Positions 41,649-49,167 of a DNA stretch of 64,000 nt are shown in pieces. The stretch's first letter is position 1. The number at the start of each line of letters is the position of its first letter. Under the pieces are notes generated by a model, which saw only the letters and a program-made list of their open reading frames with translations, did not search any database and had not been told where the DNA came from. Origin of the DNA: Alistipes sp. (lineage in GTDB: Bacteria; Bacteroidota; Bacteroidia; Bacteroidales; Rikenellaceae). The DNA lies in the NCBI GenBank assembly GCA_017621455.1, contig JAGATC010000017.1, forward strand, positions 113,172 to 177,171. The letters run 5' to 3'. The position numbers and the translations under genes are program-made.

Positions 41649-42791
41649 ATGAAGAGACTATTCCTACTTTTAATTTTGTGCGGCACACTCGGTGCAGTAA
41701 ATCTATTTGCGCAAGATCTCTATAAAGTTACCTCTAACTCGGGGTTAAATGTGCGTAGCGCGCCAAATACTAATAGTACAATCTTGGGAAGATTGGCTAA
41801 TGGGCAACTTATTGAGGTGGATACGTTTGTTGGCGATTGGGCTGAGTTTCAGTACAATGACAAAACAGCCTATGTCTATTCTAAGTATATAAGCAAGGTA
41901 GAGTCCAATGCAGAGGGAGACACCAAGACTGATATATATGAAGTTATAAACGCATCATATCTTAACGTGCGCAGTCAGCCTACCACACAGTCGAGCGTAA
42001 TAGGCTCATTGGCAGCAGGCGACAGGGTCGAGGTAATCTCTACCACCACCTACTGGGCAAAGATTATATATAAGGGGAGGGAGGCATATGCCAGTCTCAA
42101 ATACCTAAAAAAGATTGAGGAGGAGCCTCTTGATGAGCAACGCATCCCCATTGACGTCACCGATACTTCAGAAAAGAGAGCGAACACAAACAACACTACT
42201 ACTAAAACAAATTCCACTGCTGATAGCAAACCTATTAATGGTGTCTCATTTAGAATAGTATACTCTCAGCCTTTTAAAGACAATGATGTATCATCGATTA
42301 CTTATTCTTTGCACTATGTCCACAATATTATTGGGCCGTTATATGGTTCATTGGGTTTAGGTATCGATCACACGTTAACATCCAGGTATTTAGGATACAA
42401 TAGCTATGCAGCATATGACACAATTGACTCATCTACAACTGCGTTAACTATACCTCTTGAATTAGGAGTACGCCTACCGTGGGATGGCAACTTTGCACTA
42501 AACCTATATACAGGTCCTCGTTTCGATATACTCCTTGGCGGAAAGACCAAGTATAAGTACGGAGGAGAGGTTATTGAAACTATAAAGATAAATGAACGGA
42601 TAAGAAAGCAAGATAAAGATGACGAGAACAGAATCAGACGAGGCTCAAGTTCATGGGTCTTCGGTGCAGCAGTAAACATCTATGGTTTCGATCTTGGTTG
42701 TCAGTTCGGCTTAAAAATGTCTCAACGTGATAAAATAGGAAACACCGCCGATTCTTGGGGTGTATACATAGGCTGGACGGCGTTATTTTAA
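41649..42791 (+). CDS. Secreted protein: two SH3b domains plus C-terminal outer-membrane beta-barrel-like domain
   Basis: Signal peptide; LNVRSAP..W..Y.YSKY and LNVRSQP..W..YASLKY; T/N-rich linker; alternating beta-strands ending GVYIGWTALF. Confidence 0.75.
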   Translation: MKRLFLLLILCGTLGAVNLFAQDLYKVTSNSGLNVRSAPNTNSTILGRLANGQLIEVDTFVGDWAEFQYNDKTAYVYSKYISKVESNAEGDTKTDIYEVINASYLNVRSQPTTQSSVIGSLAAGDRVEVISTTTYWAKIIYKGREAYASLKYLKKIEEEPLDEQRIPIDVTDTSEKRANTNNTTTKTNSTADSKPINGVSFRIVYSQPFKDNDVSSITYSLHYVHNIIGPLYGSLGLGIDHTLTSRYLGYNSYAAYDTIDSSTTALTIPLELGVRLPWDGNFALNLYTGPRFDILLGGKTKYKYGGEVIETIKINERIRKQDKDDENRIRRGSSSWVFGAAVNIYGFDLGCQFGLKMSQRDKIGNTADSWGVYIGWTALF

Positions 42792-42845
42792 TAGTCTCTT
42801 CCGTTAAACAAAGGGGAGTGAATAAAAAGTGTATTTTTTTTCGTT

Positions 42846-42926
42846 ATGCTCGCCCTCAAAATGCTCATTTACGCTTAAGTAAACTCCGCTTTTTCGGGCT
42901 TCGCATGCCTAAAACTACATCTTTTT
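42846..42926. repeat. 80-bp dispersed repeat, family C copy 2 (inverted)
   Basis: Reverse complement of 38767-38846 with a few substitutions. Confidence 0.8.
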
Positions 42927-42991
42927 ATTCACTCTCTTAGATATCAAGGGCTGGCTAAGTAACTTATTAGTCAGCCCCTTTGTTTGTTGTC

Positions 42992-44401
42992 TTAGTGCGT
43001 AAAGACCTTACCCATCTGTCTCTCTTGGCGCTCATACTGTAGGCGCGAGTTGGTGGGATAGGTGAGCTTGTCGAGCTCCTTGGCAGCATCCTCAATATCG
43101 CGCAGAAGCATATCGGCCATATCTCGTGACATGCCTTGGCGCACAACAATACGCATAACGACCATATCCTCAATGCTCTTAGGCATGGAGTAGGCGGGCA
43201 CCATCCAGCCACTCTGCTGCAGGCGCGCCTGTAGGTCGTACAACGTCCACTTAGCACTCTTGTCGTAGCCTGCCCTCATCGTCCAGACAAAGAGCGGGTT
43301 AACCACCTCCTTTGCGTAGTTCTCGAAGTATGGCATAGCACCTATGCGCTCGTGGCAGTAGCGGGCAATCTCCATGGAGTTGCGGTGCACGTTCTCATAG
43401 CCCTTGCGGCCGAGGCGGATAAAGTTGTAGTATTGTCCAAGTATCTGCGCTGCGGGGCGCGAGAAGTTGAGGCCCACCTGCGTAACCTCCGCACCGAGGT
43501 AGTTCACCGAGAAGCTCATCTCCTCGGGCAGATAGCTCTTATCGCGCCATACCACCCAGCCGAGACCAGGATATACCAGGCCGAACTTATGTCCCGAGGT
43601 AGAGATAGACACCACCCACTTTAGCCTAAAGTCCCACTTCGTGTCGGGGCTGACAAAGGGGAGAATAAAGCCTCCTGAGGCTGCATCCACATGAATAGGG
43701 ATGTTGTAGCCCGTGCGCTTATTGTAGTCGTCCAACGCCTTATCTAAGGCCTCCACATCATCGTTAAGGCCAGTCCACGTAACGCCCGCAATGGCGACAA
43801 CGGCAATGGTGTTCTCGTCGCACATCTTCAGCGCGTCGTCGGTGCATAGCGTGCGCTTCTCACGCGTGAGGGGCACCTGGCGCAGCTCTATCTGCCATAG
43901 CTTGCAGAACTTCTCCCACACGACTTGTAGGCCAGTGCTTATGACAAGGTTGGGCTTATCGGTGGGCTTGCCCTCCTTCTCGCGGCGATGACGCCAGCGG
44001 AGCCATGCGGCGACACCACCAAGCATGCAGGCCTCCGAGGAGCCTATGCCCACGGCACCCGTCATCGACTCGCTCTTCTCGGGGCTGTGCCAGAGGTTGG
44101 CGATGATGTTGATGCAGCGCGAGGCCATAACGGCAACACGCGGATACTCCGTCTGGTCGATGTAGTTGATGGCGATAGCCTCGTTCATAAGACGCGTGGC
44201 GTGGTCGTCCATATAGGTTGTCACAAATGTTGCGAGGTTAAGCTGTGGATTGGTCTCCACCATGGCCTCATCCTTAACCATGCGGTAGGCAATCTCGGGC
44301 ATGGTCATCTCCTCGGGGATTGTTGTTGTAGGCGCGGGGCGAAGCATCTCCTCCGACCCGTAGACGGCAGCTGTTGCCGTAGAGCATCGTTTTTCGTTCA
44401 T
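42992..44401 (-). CDS. gadB: Glutamate decarboxylase
   Basis: NLATFVTTYMD, NYIDQTEYP, IHVDAASGGF, SGHK(PLP)FGLVYPG, LNFSRP; start taken at MNEKR. Confidence 0.93.
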   Translation of the reverse strand: MNEKRCSTATAAVYGSEEMLRPAPTTTIPEEMTMPEIAYRMVKDEAMVETNPQLNLATFVTTYMDDHATRLMNEAIAINYIDQTEYPRVAVMASRCINIIANLWHSPEKSESMTGAVGIGSSEACMLGGVAAWLRWRHRREKEGKPTDKPNLVISTGLQVVWEKFCKLWQIELRQVPLTREKRTLCTDDALKMCDENTIAVVAIAGVTWTGLNDDVEALDKALDDYNKRTGYNIPIHVDAASGGFILPFVSPDTKWDFRLKWVVSISTSGHKFGLVYPGLGWVVWRDKSYLPEEMSFSVNYLGAEVTQVGLNFSRPAAQILGQYYNFIRLGRKGYENVHRNSMEIARYCHERIGAMPYFENYAKEVVNPLFVWTMRAGYDKSAKWTLYDLQARLQQSGWMVPAYSMPKSIEDMVVMRIVVRQGMSRDMADMLLRDIEDAAKELDKLTYPTNSRLQYERQERQMGKVFTH

Positions 44402-44517
44402 AATAGTGTAAAATTTAAGTGTTATACAACGCCTCCGACCGACACAAACCATGCCACCCGCAATGCTAGAATTATGCTGCGGGGTACCTCTTTAGTTAAT
44501 ATAAAACATATACAATT

Positions 44518-44889
44518 ATGAAACGGCTGTTTACAATCTTTACTATAACACTTGCGCTACTAACCATTGATTATGCCTCTGCGGCAGATTCAACAACGGC
44601 TGATAACACCATAGATAAGACCGAAATCACAGGTCGTGTGAGTGCAAACGACTGCCACATTATCGCCTATGATGCTACCAAAGGTGAGAAAATTATAGTA
44701 GAACTATATGGCGATGGCGATACAGACCTCGCACTATATGTCTACGATAAGGAGGAAAGGCTAATTGTGGATGATGAACTCAGCGATGATGGCACCTATG
44801 GTTGGACGGCAGAGTATACAGGTAAGTATTATATTGTTGTAAAGAATCAAGGTGACGTGTATAACGAATTTAGGATGGTTATCCAGTAG
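44518..44889 (+). CDS. Small secreted protein with pre-peptidase C-terminal (PPC)-like domain
   Basis: Signal peptide; GDGDTDLALYVYD and TGKYYIVVKN motifs. Confidence 0.6.
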   Translation: MKRLFTIFTITLALLTIDYASAADSTTADNTIDKTEITGRVSANDCHIIAYDATKGEKIIVELYGDGDTDLALYVYDKEERLIVDDELSDDGTYGWTAEYTGKYYIVVKNQGDVYNEFRMVIQ

Positions 44890-45073
44890 CCCCACGACTG
44901 GTTATTATTTTCCATACGATAAAATAGTGGCCTATTTATCGCAAAATAGATAGATGCAAACAATTTTATTTTACACTCAATCGTTATATTGGCACGAGTA
45001 TTGCAAAAGACTCTGACAGCTACGTTGGCAACGAGACAACGTAGTTAGGTTTCTTCATTTATTTAAGTTTGGG

Positions 45074-45798
45074 TTAGTAGTTTTTACAGAATTTGTTTCT
45101 GGAAGGCGAGCGGCAGTCGTGAGACTCCCGCTCGTTCTTTTTTATGACAAATTCTGTAAAAACTATGACTGCTCCCGCGGCGTGGCAGAGTAACCTGCGA
45201 GTTTGTATGATAGTTTGGCGTATTGCTACGCAATAAGCGTGGTTGTGCCGTAGGTCTTTTGCAAACAAGTTCACATAGACCAACGACACAACCACACACG
45301 TCTTCGTCGTCGCCAAACCATCATACCTCCTCTTGCTCTGCGCAAACCTTAAGGAGAGTTAGTAGTTTGTTAAAGGTGTTACGCTGCGCTCCACAAAAGT
45401 ATTAATAGAATTTGTTTCTGGAGAATAGGCGGCAGTTGTGAAACTCCCGCCTATTTCTTTTGTTTATTTCTGTAAAAACTATGACGATTCGGTGGCGGCT
45501 CGGATGACTTATCTTGTGTATTGTGTGGCAAAGATGCTATGCATCCAATGTGTCTGCTTTGACACCAAGCACCTCATATAAATATGGCTGACTTGTTGCC
45601 AAATCAGCCACACATCTACGATGTTGCGCCACACAACACCCTGCGGTCACCTCTCGCCTGCTGCGAACGTTAGTAGTTTTGGCGTGCTACCCCGCTGGTC
45701 GTGCGTAGCACAAACAGTTGTCCTATGAAATAGTTTTTTACAGAATTTGTTTCTGGAAGGCGAGCGGCAGTCGTGAGACTCCCGCTCGTTCTTTTTTT
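45074..45798. repeat. Non-coding mosaic of interrelated structured repeats
   Basis: Core GAATTTGTTTCTGGA at 45089, 45408 and 45743, each followed by a GCGGCAGT.GTGA.ACTCCCGC hairpin; family-B-like stem at 45205-45326. Confidence 0.8.
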
Positions 45799-46950
45799 TT
45801 ATTCCTTTTCATTTATTGTATATAGTATATCATGCAGATAGTCAAATATCATTTGTTTACTTTGACATAGATGGTCGACCTCACTAATATTTTGTCCTTC
45901 ACTAGCGATGAAAGAGTGGTATGGACACCCTCCATTACAAATATAAAAGTATCCACATTTGTTTTGTGCACACTTGTTTATAGCCTCTACTCTTTGATCT
46001 ATTAACTCGCACATTTTTTTTGATTCCACGGATAATAACTCCAAAAGAGTAGACTGCTGAATATTTCCCAACATCATATTATCAGAACCAGTAAATTTGG
46101 GACACAAATAGGCATCTCCATTTGGAGTTAACGCAACAAAATTAGTCAAACACCTACCGCCATATGTACAAATGGTATCGCTAATAGGTGCTTGTTTTTG
46201 CAGACATTTAATAATGTCATACACAGTTCTAGGCACTGGTGAAATTTTTCCTCGCTCAACCCAGGCATTAAATTCAGATATAAAGTATCTCGCTACATCT
46301 TCTTTTGACAATGCAATGCTATTATCTTTGACATTATTCTTTTCATAGTATATATATGGATTACTATGAAAAGAATTCACCTCAAGTTGTTGAAAACACT
46401 CAAGCATCTCATTTTCAAACCCCAAATTATTTTTTGTGATAGTACTAATAAAACCGCAAGACGCTCCTTTATCTCGAATATAATTCATCGTTTTAACAAC
46501 AGCATCATACGAACCTTGATTAGTGTTGGTTGGTCGATTCTGATTGTGAATTGTACGAGTGCCATCTATGGTTGTTGATATTGAAAATTCATTCTCTATC
46601 AAAAAATCAATAAGTCCAGGATCAAAAAGATTACCACTTGTTTGGACACAATTTTCATATGGTTTAGTTGAGTGTTTCTTCTGGAGTTCAATAACATTCT
46701 CAAAGAAATATTTGCCAACCAAAAGAGGCTCTCCTCCAGTCCATTCAAAAACTACATAACTATGATTTGTTTGAAATGCTTGGTATATGGCCTGATCTAA
46801 CAACTCTATTGGGAATGTTATAGGCTTACCATTATGCGTTCCTTTGGCGAAACAATATTTGCACGAAAGAACACATTTATCCGTAAGTTGAAAGATAACA
46901 TTTAATGTATTACACTCTCTTAATCGTGAGATATATTCGGTTCGCAACAT
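45799..46950 (-). CDS. Radical SAM/SPASM domain protein, putative peptide maturase
   Basis: CVLSCKYC (CxxxCxxC), WTGGEPLL, STTIDG; SPASM cysteines CTYGGRC..GDAYLC..CAQNKCGYFYICNGGCP..HLC; start taken at MLRTEY. Confidence 0.92.
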   Translation of the reverse strand: MLRTEYISRLRECNTLNVIFQLTDKCVLSCKYCFAKGTHNGKPITFPIELLDQAIYQAFQTNHSYVVFEWTGGEPLLVGKYFFENVIELQKKHSTKPYENCVQTSGNLFDPGLIDFLIENEFSISTTIDGTRTIHNQNRPTNTNQGSYDAVVKTMNYIRDKGASCGFISTITKNNLGFENEMLECFQQLEVNSFHSNPYIYYEKNNVKDNSIALSKEDVARYFISEFNAWVERGKISPVPRTVYDIIKCLQKQAPISDTICTYGGRCLTNFVALTPNGDAYLCPKFTGSDNMMLGNIQQSTLLELLSVESKKMCELIDQRVEAINKCAQNKCGYFYICNGGCPYHSFIASEGQNISEVDHLCQSKQMIFDYLHDILYTINEKE

Positions 46951-46969
46951 ATAGGTAATATTAAAAATA

Positions 46970-46998
46970 GGGGGCGATTTCATACAACAATCGCCCCT
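46970..46998 (-). terminator. Stem-loop/partial terminator between precursor and rSAM genes
   Basis: GGGGCGATT/AATCGCCCC stem followed by TATTTTT on the minus strand. Confidence 0.65.
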
Positions 46999-47067
46999 TG
47001 TTGTCATTTAGAAAACATTAATTGCTCTTATACATCTTCCTGCAACACTCTTTCTGGATTATATAGA

Positions 47068-47538
47068 TTAGTTACATTCGTAATAAGAATCCCTATTTGA
47101 ATGTTTATCTGTGTGGTGTTTATTTCCAGAATTAGTGTGACTTTGAACAGGATTTCTATTTGTATGCCTATCAGAATGAGGATCACAAAATTCAACCCTT
47201 TCCTGAGTTCCATCATCCTTCGTTACCCACTTATAGCTACTCTTGGCGTTAGTATTACTGTGGCTGTCTGAATGATTTGTATTAGCATGATGGTCAGCGT
47301 GATTATTACCAATGTTTGTGTGCACATCTGAATGAACCATTAATCCAGATTCGGAAGTATAATTACTATGTAATGGACTTATCAGATCAATAACTTCATT
47401 TTTACAAACTTCCATTATATCTTGTTCTGGCACCTGCAGCATAGTGGGTTCCGCTGCATTCGCAGCTGAGATTGATAACACACTTGCAGGTATTGTAATG
47501 CCTAATTTTATAGCAATTTCTTTTGCGCTCTTTTTCAT
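47068..47538 (-). CDS. His-rich repeat protein, putative RiPP precursor (H-x-D-x-H-x-N repeats)
   Basis: Signal-like leader ending AANA-A; 12 H-[STA]-[DN] motifs; lies directly upstream of the rSAM/SPASM gene. Confidence 0.8.
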   Translation of the reverse strand: MKKSAKEIAIKLGITIPASVLSISAANAAEPTMLQVPEQDIMEVCKNEVIDLISPLHSNYTSESGLMVHSDVHTNIGNNHADHHANTNHSDSHSNTNAKSSYKWVTKDDGTQERVEFCDPHSDRHTNRNPVQSHTNSGNKHHTDKHSNRDSYYECN

Positions 47539-47550
47539 AGTTATCAAATA

Positions 47551-47703
47551 TTAGTCATCAAACACACTTTCATCTCCAGTTAGTCCATAATTGTATCCAT
47601 CCCAAAATGCCTCATACTCCTCAGGTGTACAAGATGTTGTCAATAGACATATAGACACTGATAAAATGATTACAAAGAACATTGATTTTATTAACTTTTT
47701 CAT
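47551..47703 (-). CDS. 50-aa small lipoprotein (not in ORF track)
   Basis: Hand translation MKKLIKSMFFVIILSVSICLLTTS-CTPEEYEAFWDGYNYGLTGDESVFDD*; AT-rich run before the ATG; stop 12 nt before the precursor ATG. Confidence 0.7.
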   Translation of the reverse strand: MKKLIKSMFFVIILSVSICLLTTSCTPEEYEAFWDGYNYGLTGDESVFDD

Positions 47704-47770
47704 AATTAAAGTTAGGATACCAAATCATTTTTGCTCAATTCAATCCCGTTACTCCAATCTCATCTCACTT

Positions 47771-48004
47771 TTACGCACAAAAAAAGCGCGGGACAATTAG
47801 TTATATTCCCACTTCGAGGTGTTTGGCGTAACCCAGGTAGATGAATAACTAAAAGCCCGCACCGAATAGTGCGAGCATTTCAACTATTATTCCCATCTAC
47901 CTTTTTTAGTCGCCAAACTTCCGAAGTGATAGAATAAAGCTAAAACGCTTTTCCAATATGTCTAAAATGTGCGTATTAACTATACGCTATGCTTCATAGG
48001 CAAT
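47771..48004 (-). ncRNA. Putative structured 5' leader RNA with terminator, family B copy 2
   Basis: Repeat of 37887-38119 with compensatory stem changes; ends GTGGGA..TCCCGC-GC-T7. Confidence 0.65.
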
Positions 48005-48080
48005 ATCTCTTTAAGTGATTTACAAAATTCATGTCGGCCCTAAATACCATCAATACACTGCATATTTCACAATGATAGTA

Positions 48081-48112
48081 CAAATATACGAATTTCTTAT
48101 GCAAAAACCAAA
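48081..48112 (-). promoter_or_regulatory. Promoter upstream of leader B2 / RiPP operon
   Basis: Minus strand TTTG-N20-TATATTTG. Confidence 0.7.
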
Positions 48113-48197
48113 TGTTTACCCACCATAATTTGTTTCTGGAGAGGGAGTGTGGATATATAAAATAACAAACCGTCAAGATAACTTAACGGTTTGAATT

Positions 48198-48800
48198 TTA
48201 TAGACGCTCCTTTATGATTTTTGCCCATTCGGGAATTGGTCCACTGTACTCCTTCGCGACTTTGCCTTCGACTGTTCTAAATAGTGGTCGAGCATCGCAA
48301 TTCTCTGCCGAGTTATCGTAGAGATAGCAACGATCGACTACACGGGCTACCTCAACACAATTAGCGATAGATAGATTGTAGCGTGAGATAATTTTAGATA
48401 TTGGCACATCGTGACCACCTTGCATAACTCGTCGAGCAATACGCGATGCATTTATCGTGGGAGACTCCGTGCACACAAAGAACACCCTAACAAAGAATCC
48501 AGCCGCCTTTGCTCTACGGATATAATCGACCTTATCTTTACGCGAAAGTACCGTTTCGAAGATAAGACTCTTACCCTCAGCAAGAGATTTCTCGCGCAAC
48601 GCCTCACAGTAAGCGATAGACTTCTTAACAGCCTCCGCCGAGTTCCAATCACCAAATTGCTCTTGTGCAACGATATCAGGATTGATATATATAGCATCCT
48701 CCATCCACTCGTGACGCAAGATCTGTTCTGTCACAGTCGTTTTGCCCGACCCGTTGGGCCCAGCGATAACTATCAAAACAGGTTTGTGATTATTTACCAT
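48198..48800 (-). CDS. Zeta-toxin-like/AAA_33 P-loop protein
   Basis: AGPNGSGKT Walker A, YINPD, FETVLS, RVMQGGHDVP, LYDNS; start taken at MVNNHK. Confidence 0.85.
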   Translation of the reverse strand: MVNNHKPVLIVIAGPNGSGKTTVTEQILRHEWMEDAIYINPDIVAQEQFGDWNSAEAVKKSIAYCEALREKSLAEGKSLIFETVLSRKDKVDYIRRAKAAGFFVRVFFVCTESPTINASRIARRVMQGGHDVPISKIISRYNLSIANCVEVARVVDRCYLYDNSAENCDARPLFRTVEGKVAKEYSGPIPEWAKIIKERL

Positions 48801-48987
48801 CGCTACAAGTGTACTCTGCCAAATTGTCCGACACCAACTGCTCCAACTCGGCGCGGAATTTTGCCTCAACCTCGGCACCACGACGACGAGCCTCCTCGCC
48901 CGCTGCGTGCATCAAGGCTTCAAGCTGTTCATCTGTAGGCTCTTCAATACCAGTGAGACGATATTTCTTTAACTCTTGCTCCGACAT
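48790..48987 (-). CDS. Small helical protein, putative antitoxin
   Basis: 65 aa (EEPTDEQLEALM); overlaps the start of the P-loop gene; own promoter TTTG-N20-TAACTTTG containing an ATTATT/AATAAT palindrome. Confidence 0.6.
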   Translation of the reverse strand: MSEQELKKYRLTGIEEPTDEQLEALMHAAGEEARRRGAEVEAKFRAELEQLVSDNLAEYTCSDGK

Positions 48988-49070
48988 AATGAGAATCATT
49001 GGTTTCTGCAAAGTTAGCAATTATTAAGCAATAATACAAAACTCGCTCTATTTTTATTGCTCGGGAGTTT

Positions 49071-49161
49071 TCTTGCTCTGCGCAAACCTTAAAGAACGTT
49101 AGTAGTTTATAAAAGGTGTTACGCTGCGCTCCACAAAAGAGTTAATGAATTTGTTTCTGGA
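49071..49161. repeat. ~92-bp direct repeat of 45331-45422
   Basis: About 8 differences in 92 nt by manual alignment; ends in the GAATTTGTTTCTGGA core. Confidence 0.85.
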
Positions 49162-49167
49162 AGGCAG

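Noticed and set aside
45074-45405. ORF-track peptides at 45074-45316, 45084-45299 and 45223-45405
   Set aside because: They overlap long RNA stems and repeats and show no protein motif; most likely incidental frames.
45074-45798. CRISPR array interpretation of the recurring AATTTGTTTCTGGA core
   Set aside because: Spacing is irregular (about 320, 335, 2380 and 1020 nt), the repeat is short, the spacers contain genes, and there are no cas genes.
47591-47800. Plus-strand 69-aa ORF and minus-strand 47028-47216 ORF
   Set aside because: They are shadows of the lipoprotein and precursor genes; the opposite or alternate frame has clear signal or repeat features.
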